Source: a virus
DNA length: 51,327 bases
Direction: 5' to 3' (one strand)
IMG/VR virus record: IMGVR_UViG_3300043640_000192
Location: 1-51,327 of that record
The position numbers and the translations under genes are program-made. The notes below the pieces were generated by a model that was given only the letters and a program-made list of their open reading frames with translations, ran no database searches and was not told the origin of the DNA. Positions 24,235 to 31,443 of the stretch are shown piece after piece (the first letter of the stretch is position 1; each line of letters begins with the position of its first letter).

Positions 24235-25052
24235 CATTGCGCATGCTTGACTCCGTCACGCCGGGCAACCTGCCGCCCGGCGCTGACGCCTACCTCGGCT
24301 ACGTGGACGGCCACTGGGCTAATGCAGCCGCCGTGAAGGCGAAGTTCCCCGGCAAGCCGGTCCTGACGATGGCCGTGTTCGCCTCCAGCGACGCCGAGGG
24401 CGCCGACTGCGAGACGGGCGACATGATGCCCGCGCAGATCCCGCCGTGGGTGCTCAGGCAGCGGCGGCGCGGCGTCGCACGGCCGGTGGTGTACGCGTCC
24501 GCGTCGGTGATGCCCGAAGTCCTGCGCCAGCTGACGTTGTCGGGGATCGCCCGGGGGGACGTCCGGCTGCTGTCGGCGCACTACACCACCAGGCACATCT
24601 GCGGGCCCGCGACGTGCGCCTACCCCGGCGTCCCCGCGTGCGACGGCACACAATGGCGCGACAACGCGCTCGGCGCGGGCGGCAGCCAGGTAGACGAGTC
24701 TGTCCTGCTTGACGACTTCTTCCAGGAGGCACCGATGGCCATCAGCGCAGCTGACCTCGCGGCGATCGCCCGCGCGGTATGGACGACCGACGGGCTGATC
24801 GCGAACCCGAACGGCAACCCGAAGAACCCGTTCTGGACCGGCGCGGAGGTCGCCGCTGACACCGATCAGCGGGTCCGCGGGCTGCAGACGTCGCTGGCCG
24901 CGCTGGTGGGGCAGGATGACCCGGCGGCGCTGGCTAAGGCGATCCTGGCGGGGCTGGACGCGGCGTCGATCGCGTCGGCTGTCGCGGCGGCGGTCGGCCC
25001 GGACGTGGCACGGGAGGTCGTGACCGCGCTGGCCGCGCAGCTCGGGAAGTAG
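24231..25052 (+). CDS. Endolysin, glycoside-hydrolase-like (Rv2525c/DUF1906- or GH25-like) domain
   Basis: ATGA overlap with the upstream gene. 'DAYLGYVDGHW...VVYASAS...LLSAHYT...TQWRD...GSQVDESV' follows the pattern of TIM-barrel cell-wall hydrolases. Confidence 0.5.
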   Translation: MTLRMLDSVTPGNLPPGADAYLGYVDGHWANAAAVKAKFPGKPVLTMAVFASSDAEGADCETGDMMPAQIPPWVLRQRRRGVARPVVYASASVMPEVLRQLTLSGIARGDVRLLSAHYTTRHICGPATCAYPGVPACDGTQWRDNALGAGGSQVDESVLLDDFFQEAPMAISAADLAAIARAVWTTDGLIANPNGNPKNPFWTGAEVAADTDQRVRGLQTSLAALVGQDDPAALAKAILAGLDAASIASAVAAAVGPDVAREVVTALAAQLGK

Positions 25053-25216
25053 TAGCGTTCGAATGCCTCTAGGGCGCGGAAGCGAGTCGTCAGCCTGTTC
25101 CCGGGATATGGGCGCGGCGAGGCCAAAGGGTAACCATGCAGCCAAAGCCAGGTAGCTCCTGGCGGTAGCTGCAGGGGGGCCCGAGTAGCTGACCCTAGAG
25201 GGACGACCTGAACGAC

Positions 25217-25252
25217 GAAGCCGCCCCGGCCGATGCTGGCCGGGGCGGCTTC
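25217..25252. terminator. Strong bidirectional intrinsic terminator hairpin
   Basis: 'gaagccgccccggcc'-gatgct-'ggccggggcggcttc': a perfect 15-bp stem between the convergent late and leftward operons. Confidence 0.85.
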
Positions 25253-25299
25253 TGCATGCCCTCAGGTGATCTTCCGTTTCGTGAAGTACCGGCCGGTAG

Positions 25300-25431
25300 T
25301 CAGGGCTTCGGCTTGGCTTTGTGGTAGCCGTCCGAGCACCAGTGGCTGCCGTGCAGATGACAGAATCCGGGGCATTCAGTGCCACCGCACGCGCACGACT
25401 GGATCCGCTCGCGGCAGTTGGTGCAGTTCAC
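25300..25431 (-). CDS. Cys-rich 43-aa protein
   Basis: Hand translation: 'MNCTNCRERIQSCACGGTECPGFCHLHGSHWCSDGYHKAKPKP'. GTGA overlap with the upstream gene. Confidence 0.45.
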   Translation of the reverse strand: MNCTNCRERIQSCACGGTECPGFCHLHGSHWCSDGYHKAKPKP

Positions 25432-25682
25432 CTGACCACCTTCCCATGCACCGGGGCCGGGCCGACCTTGCCGGTGACGACCCCCGGGAGGGCCCGCGCC
25501 GCATCCCCCGCCGCCGTGGGAAAGGTCTCATCCCGCTGGCTGGCCTTCCGGATCGCGTCGTCAGCCAGAACCTCCAGGCACAGCGCCACGAGGACCGGGG
25601 CCACACCCTCGTGAAGCTTCGCGGCAAGGTAGCGGAGTTCGTCCGACGCGCTGCGGCGCTTGATGACGACCTCGGCGCTCAT
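25428..25682 (-). CDS. Chimeric small protein whose 3' half is built from repeats R2 and R1
   Basis: The C-terminal '...AIRKASQRDETFP' duplicates the FtsK-like C-terminus, and 'ARALPGVVTGKVGPAPVHGKVVR' duplicates the end of gene 26361-26834. Confidence 0.5.
   Translation of the reverse strand: MSAEVVIKRRSASDELRYLAAKLHEGVAPVLVALCLEVLADDAIRKASQRDETFPTAAGDAARALPGVVTGKVGPAPVHGKVVR
25432..25500. repeat. R1 copy 1: 69-bp perfect direct repeat
   Basis: 'ctgaccaccttcccatgcaccggggccgggccgaccttgccggtgacgacccccgggagggcccgcgcc' is identical to 26365-26433. Confidence 0.9.
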
Positions 25683-25954
25683 CCGCGGCCTCCAATACCA
25701 CCCGTGCCGCCAATCTCGGGCTCAAAATCATCCAGTGGCTCGTAGCCGCTCACGACACGCCTGACCGCTTCCGCGAGCCGCGTGAAGGCCGCGTCGTCCT
25801 TGCCGCCCAATTGCTTAGCCGCCGGGGCAGGTGGTGGCACCGGGTACACCCGGGCCTCGATCGCCGTCCGGCACTCGGGGCAGATGATCCCGCCCGGGCC
25901 GATGGGGTTCTCGCCGCACTTGCGGCACCGCCACTCGGGCAGTTCGGTGGTCAT
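25679..25954 (-). CDS. Zinc-ribbon protein
   Basis: ATGA overlaps on both sides. Contains 'WRCRKCGENPIGPGGIICPEC'. Confidence 0.55.
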   Translation of the reverse strand: MTTELPEWRCRKCGENPIGPGGIICPECRTAIEARVYPVPPPAPAAKQLGGKDDAAFTRLAEAVRRVVSGYEPLDDFEPEIGGTGGIGGRG

Positions 25955-26364
25955 GGCCTCTCCCACTCCATCTGGTGGTAGTCCGGGTGGTCGGAATAGA
26001 CGGCGGCGAGGAAGTAGAGCGTGGGGCACGGTGCCGGGAACCGTGTGGCGCGGCCGTCGGCTATGGCGGTGCAGACGTGGCACCGCCCGTCAGTAATGCG
26101 GTGCGCGTTCAGGATGGCCCGCTTGGCACCAACCTCGCGCAGCACGCGCTCCGGGTCATGGCGAGCGATGTGGGCTGCGTGCTCGCGAAGCTCCGTCTGA
26201 TAGGTGACGATGTTCCCGGAATTGGTACCGATGACTCCGGGTGGGGGGCGCACCGGGTCGGTCTCGAACCAGTGGTAGTCACCTTGCTTGAGGCCACCGG
26301 AAGCCCGTGCCGCGGCTTCGTCCTCGTCCAGCCGCGCCCGCAGGAAGGCCACCAGATCGCTCAT
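25951..26364 (-). CDS. DUF6221-like protein
   Basis: 'VAFLRARLDEDEAAAR...HIARHDPERVLREVGAKRAIL...DHPDY' matches a family common in Streptomyces and actinophages (recognised from memory). Confidence 0.6.
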   Translation of the reverse strand: MSDLVAFLRARLDEDEAAARASGGLKQGDYHWFETDPVRPPPGVIGTNSGNIVTYQTELREHAAHIARHDPERVLREVGAKRAILNAHRITDGRCHVCTAIADGRATRFPAPCPTLYFLAAVYSDHPDYHQMEWERP

Positions 26365-26834
26365 CTGACCACCTTCCCATGCACCGGGGCCGGGCCGACC
26401 TTGCCGGTGACGACCCCCGGGAGGGCCCGCGCCGGGGCCGGGAGGGCCTGCCGCCGCCCGGTCAGGCTGCGCACCATCGCCCGGGGCAGCGCCGGACGGG
26501 CTGCCTGCCCGGGTGCGGGGATCGGCCGCAGCCCCCGTGCGGCCAGCGCGGCCCGCATCTGCGGCGTGGGCTCGGGCCGGGAGAGCACGGCGCTGCGGTG
26601 CAGGACCCGCGCGTACGCCAGCCCTGCGGCTGACAGCGCGGCGGCCAGGGCCACGAGGGCGATCGTCCACCAGCCGAAGACGCCCACCACCGCGAACGGC
26701 AGCAGGGGCACGCAGAACCCCCAGAACAGCACCCTGCGGCCGGGCTTGGTCAGGGCCGCGCCGACCGCCAGGCCGAGTGCGCCGCCAGCCACCTCGCCGG
26801 GGCCCGGGATGTGCGCGGGGCAAGTGTCACACAT
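26361..26834 (-). CDS. Integral membrane protein (about 3 TM)
   Basis: Track ORF with hydrophobic segments 'VLFWGFCVPLLPFAVVGVFGWWTIALVALAAAL'. The 3' end equals R1. Confidence 0.55.
   Translation of the reverse strand: MCDTCPAHIPGPGEVAGGALGLAVGAALTKPGRRVLFWGFCVPLLPFAVVGVFGWWTIALVALAAALSAAGLAYARVLHRSAVLSRPEPTPQMRAALAARGLRPIPAPGQAARPALPRAMVRSLTGRRQALPAPARALPGVVTGKVGPAPVHGKVVR
26365..26433. repeat. R1 copy 2
   Basis: Identical to 25432-25500. Confidence 0.9.
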
Positions 26835-26973
26835 GACGCCCCCGCTTCCCGCTGCCGCCGCAGTGCAGGCAGCTGTACTTCCGTTTGCCGGCAGTGGGGA
26901 ACGGGTTGAAAACCCAGATCCATCCGCGGCCGCCGCAGGCTCCGCACTTCTTCTTGCCGCCGAGCAGTCTCAT
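26827..26973 (-). CDS. DnaJ-type zinc-finger mini-protein (2x CxxCxGxG)
   Basis: 'MRLLGGKKKCGACGGRGWIWVFNPFPTAGKRKYSCLHCGGSGKRGRHV'. ATGA overlap with the upstream gene. Confidence 0.5.
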   Translation of the reverse strand: MRLLGGKKKCGACGGRGWIWVFNPFPTAGKRKYSCLHCGGSGKRGRHV

Positions 26974-27215
26974 CTCGATCTCCTCTTCGGTTCTGGTAGT
27001 CCCGGGCGGACCAGCCTGGCCCCGGCCCGCACACGGCGGCGGGTGCCCTTGCACCGGCCGCACACGCCATACCTCCGGGGCGACGACCCCCGGTTCCAGC
27101 CGCCCTTCCTCTTCCGGCACGCCTGGCAGCGGCTGTAGGGATGCCACCGCAGGTCGATCCCGTACGCCACGGCGGCGAGGAAGACCAGCGCGGCGATGAC
27201 CGCGGCGAGTTCCAT
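26970..27215 (-). CDS. N-terminal TM plus basic Cys4 zinc-finger protein
   Basis: 'MELAAVIAALVFLAAVAYGI...CQACRKRKGG...CGRCKGTRRR'. The start overlaps the FtsK-like stop. Confidence 0.5.
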   Translation of the reverse strand: MELAAVIAALVFLAAVAYGIDLRWHPYSRCQACRKRKGGWNRGSSPRRYGVCGRCKGTRRRVRAGARLVRPGLPEPKRRSR

Positions 27216-28909
27216 CAGCGCCTCCCCGCGGACCACTCGGCGAGCTGCAGCGGGTCATACTCACCGGCCGCGCCGCGCATCCCCCGCCGCCGCGGGAAGG
27301 TCCCGTCCCGCTGGCTGGCCTTCCGGATCGCGTGCAGCGTCTCCGCGACCATGCCCTCATCCACCGCCTCTTTCAGCGTCACCAGACCTCCCGGAAGGGC
27401 TGGGACAGGACCCCCTGTCCTAGCGACAAACGGCATGTCAGGGCCGGGCGACCCGATTTCGCCCGCTGGCGTCTCACCTGCGACAGTCGCCGCGCCGGGC
27501 ATCCCCGCCGGGCACACGGCCACCTCGCCAGCGGTCGCCAGCGCCCGCGCCTCCCTCGCCGACATGAACGCCCCCTGCGTCTCCCGCGGCCGGTCCGACA
27601 CCACCTGGATACGGCCCGGCGCGAGCGACTTCGGCGGCATCGGGTGATCACCCGCGAGCATCTTCCAGTTGCTGGCCGAGTACCGGCCGAACGCGATCAC
27701 GCCGATGTTCTCCCGCGCGTCCCCGTCACCGCCGGACGCCTTCACCGACAGCCGCTGGCCGATGTAGATGATGTTGGTCAGCACCTGGCGGCCCATGAAG
27801 CTCGCCGAGTCCAGGGCCTCCAGCGCGGGGGAGCGGACCTGGTCCTCACGGTCCCGGGTCTGCCGCCAGTAGGCGCGCAGCTTCGCGATCGTCGCGTTCA
27901 GCTCCTCGCCGACGACGATCAGCCGGGGCCCGACCACGGCGTGGACGTTGCCTTCCAGGTCGGCCCCGGCCAGCGCCACCTCGTTCCGCCGGTCCACCTC
28001 CCGGCCGAGCCACAGCAGCGCGGCGTGGATCTCGTGCGGCCGGCGGGCGATCGCCACGTTCGGCAGGCCAGCGGCCCACTGGTGACTGATCATCTTGTGG
28101 TCGAGGATCAGGCCGATGCAGCCGCGGTACAGCATCTGTGCCAGCAGCGCCCGGGCGGTCACGCTCTTGCCCGCGCCGGAACCCATCGAGAGGCCGATGT
28201 GCGGGGAGTCGGCGGACAGGCTGGAGGTGACCGGCCGGGCCTGCTTGCCGAGGCCCCACACCATCTCGTCAGCGCGGGCCCGGTCGATCGCCTCCCGGAT
28301 GTCGGCCAGGCTCACCCGGGCGGGCGGCGGCTGGCTGGCGGTCAGCTCGAGCGTGGGCTTCGGCCCGGCCAGCCGCCACGCCACGTCGGGGGACTCCATG
28401 CCCAGCTTGGCCGTGGTGATGGCCACCAGCCGCGACTTGTCCTTGTCATCGGCTGGCCAGCCCGGCGGCAGCGCCAGCGCGGCGCGCTGCCGGTCCGGGC
28501 TGACCTCGATCCACGACCCTGGCGGCCGCCCGCGGGGGATCATCGCCACGTCGCACGCGGCCAGGTGCAGCGGCCGGAGCCAGGTGCGATGGTGGCGGAA
28601 GCGCCAGACCAGCCGGGACATCCACCAGATGCCGTAGCCGACTGCGGCCAGGAGGCCCCCGAGGGCGATCCACTGGGTGACCTGCGGGCTGGCGATGTAC
28701 CCGGCGACCAGCGCCACAGCCAGGAGCACGCTGCCGTTCCTGCGGAGCACCCGCTTCCACCGCGGGACCCGGTCGCTCTCGGACACCCCGGCCAGCCACC
28801 GCGCGGCGAGGCCCAGGAACCACTGGGCAGCGACGAACCGGCCGAGCCGCGCGAGCCCGTACGCGGCTGCGACAACGATTACGACAGCTCCCAGGAGCCG
28901 CTCAGCCAT
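27215..28909 (-). CDS. FtsK/SpoIIIE (TraB-like) DNA translocase with N-terminal TM segments and C-terminal wHTH
   Basis: Walker A 'GSGAGKS', Walker B-like 'LIVVGEE', 3-4 N-terminal TM helices, and a C-terminal 'AIRKASQRDGTFPRRRGMRGAAGEYDPLQLAEW'. Confidence 0.8.
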   Translation of the reverse strand: MAERLLGAVVIVVAAAYGLARLGRFVAAQWFLGLAARWLAGVSESDRVPRWKRVLRRNGSVLLAVALVAGYIASPQVTQWIALGGLLAAVGYGIWWMSRLVWRFRHHRTWLRPLHLAACDVAMIPRGRPPGSWIEVSPDRQRAALALPPGWPADDKDKSRLVAITTAKLGMESPDVAWRLAGPKPTLELTASQPPPARVSLADIREAIDRARADEMVWGLGKQARPVTSSLSADSPHIGLSMGSGAGKSVTARALLAQMLYRGCIGLILDHKMISHQWAAGLPNVAIARRPHEIHAALLWLGREVDRRNEVALAGADLEGNVHAVVGPRLIVVGEELNATIAKLRAYWRQTRDREDQVRSPALEALDSASFMGRQVLTNIIYIGQRLSVKASGGDGDARENIGVIAFGRYSASNWKMLAGDHPMPPKSLAPGRIQVVSDRPRETQGAFMSAREARALATAGEVAVCPAGMPGAATVAGETPAGEIGSPGPDMPFVARTGGPVPALPGGLVTLKEAVDEGMVAETLHAIRKASQRDGTFPRRRGMRGAAGEYDPLQLAEWSAGRR

Positions 28910-29316
28910 CAGCCCAGGTCCCCCTGTCCCAGGTGTCTCAATGAGGGACGGAGGGACGCACCTTCCGTTTCCGGTTTTCTTCCTCTCTCCTTGTCCCCCT
29001 CGTTCTCCACCCGGCTGCCCCAGCGCAGGTTGGCAGGGCGGCTGTCCAGCCGGTCCCCGTTCCCGTGCAGCGCCTCCGGCGGACCCGCCCACGCCAGCTG
29101 CACCAGGATGGCCACCCGGATCCGCCTGCCACCAAGTTTGACCGTGGGGTATCCGTCCTTATCCAGCTGCTGGGCCAGTACCTTGCCCCCATGGCGGCGG
29201 CCATTGGCCAGGATCCGGGGCACCGACCGGACGTTGCCCAGCGACGACGCCTGGTAGCCAGCCCGCACGCCGAGCATGCGGCTGGCCGGGACCGGCTTCC
29301 AGGTCTCGTCAGGCAT
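28909..29316 (-). CDS. HNH_3/NUMOD4-type homing endonuclease
   Basis: 'WKPVP...GYQASSLGNVRS' (NUMOD4) and 'GYPTVKL...HGNGDRLDSRPANLRWGSRVEN'. Confidence 0.7.
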   Translation of the reverse strand: MPDETWKPVPASRMLGVRAGYQASSLGNVRSVPRILANGRRHGGKVLAQQLDKDGYPTVKLGGRRIRVAILVQLAWAGPPEALHGNGDRLDSRPANLRWGSRVENEGDKERGRKPETEGASLRPSLRHLGQGDLG

Positions 29317-29848
29317 GGGTGCGCTCCGTCTCTCGCCCGACGTGTCCCCATCGATGGCCGCTGAGGATGCTCTTGACCGTCTCCGTACTCAGGTCGTGCT
29401 CAGCCGCCATCTCCTTCCTTGTTTTGCCGTTCTGGCGGCCCAGCCGGATCGCAAGCACAGTTACTTCGGTGATCCTGGCGTTGCCGTTGCGCTCGCCTCG
29501 CGGGTGGAATGTTCTGCCATGGCGCCGCTTATCGGCTTCGTTGTCGACCTGAGTGCCGTAACACAGATTGCTCAATGTGCAGTTGGTTTCGTCACCATCC
29601 AGGTGCCGTACCTGGGGTGCAGTCCGCGGCCCCACGAACGCGAGCATGACCAGCGCATGGACGAGTTGCGACTTAGCGCCCGAACCCAGACCTACTTGCA
29701 GGTAGCCCCATGGATGCTTTTGCAGCCGCAGCATCCTGCCGCGGCAATGGCGCCCGTTGGGCAGCACGCGGTCCAGTGAGCGGACCCGGCCAAGATCCGA
29801 TACCTCGTAACCCTCGTGACCCGGAATGGGTAGCCAGCGCTCAGCCAT
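29309..29848 (-). CDS. HNH_3/NUMOD4-type homing endonuclease with C-terminal HTH
   Basis: 'WLPIPGHEGYEVSDLGRVRS', 'HLDGDETNCTLSNLCYGTQVDN', then an HTH-like tail. The local GC content is lower than the surroundings. Confidence 0.75.
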   Translation of the reverse strand: MAERWLPIPGHEGYEVSDLGRVRSLDRVLPNGRHCRGRMLRLQKHPWGYLQVGLGSGAKSQLVHALVMLAFVGPRTAPQVRHLDGDETNCTLSNLCYGTQVDNEADKRRHGRTFHPRGERNGNARITEVTVLAIRLGRQNGKTRKEMAAEHDLSTETVKSILSGHRWGHVGRETERTHA

Positions 29849-30422
29849 GACTCTTCATCGCCTTCAGCTCGGCGCGGATCTTCTCCGCTGTCGCCTGGCT
29901 GCAGCTGCGGCGGTCCCGTATCTCCCGCACCGACGGCAGCGGCCGGTGGCCGTTCAGCGCGGCGGGTACAGCGGGAGGTACGTCCCGCCGCGGCCGGACG
30001 GTCACCATCACCATCTCGACCACACCGACGAACGCCGCACCCGGCCACCCTGAGATCACCGCCGCCAGCCACCCGTGCGGCAGGCCGTAGGCGACGTTCG
30101 CGGCGACGGTGGCGCCGATCCCCGCCCACAGCACGATGCGGGGAAGCCAGCGCGCCAGCCACGTCTCAGGCGGGGGCCCGGACGACTGGATGAACAGCAC
30201 CAGCGACGCGGCGATGATCAGCAGGTCCACCGACAGCGGCAGCAGCCGGGCCGCGATGCCGTGCTGGGCGTGCGCCTGGCCGAGGTCGTAGATGTGCGCG
30301 TAGGAGACGATGAACGCGAACGCGGCGACGGCGACGGCGGTCAGGTAGACGGCGGTCCGCAGATCGGCCAGCGGTTCGAGCCACGCTCTAGCACGCGGGG
30401 CTGCTGGTTCCGTAGGGTTCAT
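29841..30422 (-). CDS. DUF2637-like membrane protein with C-terminal HTH-like tail
   Basis: 'AVAVAAFAFIVSYAHIYDLG...LLPLSVDLLIIAASLVL' fits the DUF2637 pattern seen next to FtsK-like genes in actinomycete mobile elements. Confidence 0.6.
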   Translation of the reverse strand: MNPTEPAAPRARAWLEPLADLRTAVYLTAVAVAAFAFIVSYAHIYDLGQAHAQHGIAARLLPLSVDLLIIAASLVLFIQSSGPPPETWLARWLPRIVLWAGIGATVAANVAYGLPHGWLAAVISGWPGAAFVGVVEMVMVTVRPRRDVPPAVPAALNGHRPLPSVREIRDRRSCSQATAEKIRAELKAMKSHG

Positions 30423-30457
30423 CTGGGCCTCTTCCTGCTAGCTCAGGTTGGGGTCAA

Positions 30458-30491
30458 GGGGCCGCAGGCGATGGGAGTCGCCGGTGGCCCC
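30458..30491. terminator. Interrupted hairpin between the DUF397 and DUF2637 genes
   Basis: 'ggggcc..ggcga-tgggag-tcgcc..ggcccc' (6+5 bp). Confidence 0.35.
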
Positions 30492-30498
30492 GCCTTCT

Positions 30499-30720
30499 TT
30501 ATGTGCCTGCGCTGTCGTACCTGCCGGCCTTCACCGCGGCGAGGAACTCGGCCCACTCGGCGGCGGAGAAGTGCCACGTCTCGGGTACGCGGTGACGGCG
30601 GTCGATGAGGTCCACCGCGCCGGACGGCTCACACGCCTTCACCACGATCCGCTGGGCGGCCGAGGCGGAGCCATCCCCGACATCCGCCCCGGCCGCGTCA
30701 TTGCGGGAGGTATGGTCCAT
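30499..30720 (-). CDS. DUF397 (BldB-like) small protein
   Basis: The C-terminal 'WHFSAAEWAEFLAAVKAGRYD' matches the DUF397 signature. Confidence 0.6.
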   Translation of the reverse strand: MDHTSRNDAAGADVGDGSASAAQRIVVKACEPSGAVDLIDRRHRVPETWHFSAAEWAEFLAAVKAGRYDSAGT

Positions 30721-30808
30721 GACCCGGACTCTACGCTCCCACGGGTTACCACGGGAAGCCGTGGCGTCTCTCGCATACCCATGTACTCCCCCGATACGGT
30801 TTGATCTT

Positions 30809-31042
30809 GTGGAGATCGATCATGGCGGGGCCGAGTTCCCCTACCGGCAGCTCGCCGCGATCCTGCGGGAGCGGATCACCGCCGGCGAGTACCCGGCCGG
30901 GCGTCGGCTGCCGTCGATCATGGAGCTGCAGGGCGAGTCCGGGCTGTCGGCCAAGACGGTGCAGCGGGCCATCGCGGTGCTCGCGGCGGAGGGGCTCGTG
31001 GTGACGGTGCCGAACCGCGGCACGTTCGTCACGAACCGCTAA
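30809..31042 (+). CDS. GntR-type winged-HTH regulator (DNA-binding domain only)
   Basis: 'PYRQLAAILRERITAGEYPAGRRLPSIMELQGESGLSAKTVQRAIAVLAAEGLVVTVPNRGTFV'. The GTG start at 30809 is uncertain. Confidence 0.7.
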   Translation: MEIDHGGAEFPYRQLAAILRERITAGEYPAGRRLPSIMELQGESGLSAKTVQRAIAVLAAEGLVVTVPNRGTFVTNR

Positions 31043-31208
31043 CCTGTTGGCTTGGTTCGATAGTGCGGCCGTACATGTCCTTGCCGTCGCCACGTTCGTA
31101 AGCGCTGATCCAGTAACTGACCTGTCCGTACGGGAAGTCCTTCTGCTTGGCTCCCCATCTCAGGAAGGCCTGAAGCTCGGCACTGGTCACGTCATCCTCC
31201 ACTGTCAT
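31029..31208 (-). CDS. Hypothetical 59-aa protein in a lower-GC patch next to the integrase region (moron candidate)
   Basis: Internal ATG of track ORF 31029..31340. 14-nt convergent overlap with the GntR gene. Confidence 0.4.
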   Translation of the reverse strand: MTVEDDVTSAELQAFLRWGAKQKDFPYGQVSYWISAYERGDGKDMYGRTIEPSQQVSGS

Positions 31209-31419
31209 CTTTAGGATGTGGCTGCTTTCCGGCGGTCCCAGTCCAGGGCTTGCACCAGTGACGGGCCGCCGTAGCCGACGGCAAGTGACCCCACCCTGGG
31301 CACGCTCTCCCACCGCACCGGCAGGGCTCAATCGGCTCACCGCACCGGCAGCCCCGGATGATCTCAGCGCCGGTTCCCGTGGCTTCCCGTGGCAGCATCT
31401 GGTTCACCCTCGTTTCCGG

Positions 31420-31443
31420 GGGGTTGCGGACGTCCGCAACCCC
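31420..31443. repeat. Perfect 24-bp palindrome
   Basis: 'ggggttgcggacgtccgcaacccc', read directly. Confidence 0.9.

Noticed and set aside
25053-25075. 'gcgttcgaatgcc', resembling a tRNA T-loop (TTCGAAT).
   Set aside because: No complementary T-stem, acceptor stem or anticodon arm can be drawn, and the upstream sequence is the endolysin coding end. It is not a tRNA.
30721-30728. TraB clt-type 'GACCCGGA' 8-mers (also at about 11, 22494 and 48233).
   Set aside because: They are single, scattered copies at roughly the frequency expected by chance in GC-rich DNA. There is no clustered direct-repeat array like a plasmid clt locus.
31420-31443. The perfect 24-bp palindrome as the attP core itself.
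   Set aside because: Serine-integrase att cores need a non-palindromic central dinucleotide. A perfect palindrome centred on CG fits an operator or hairpin better. attP is probably nearby, but this is not established.
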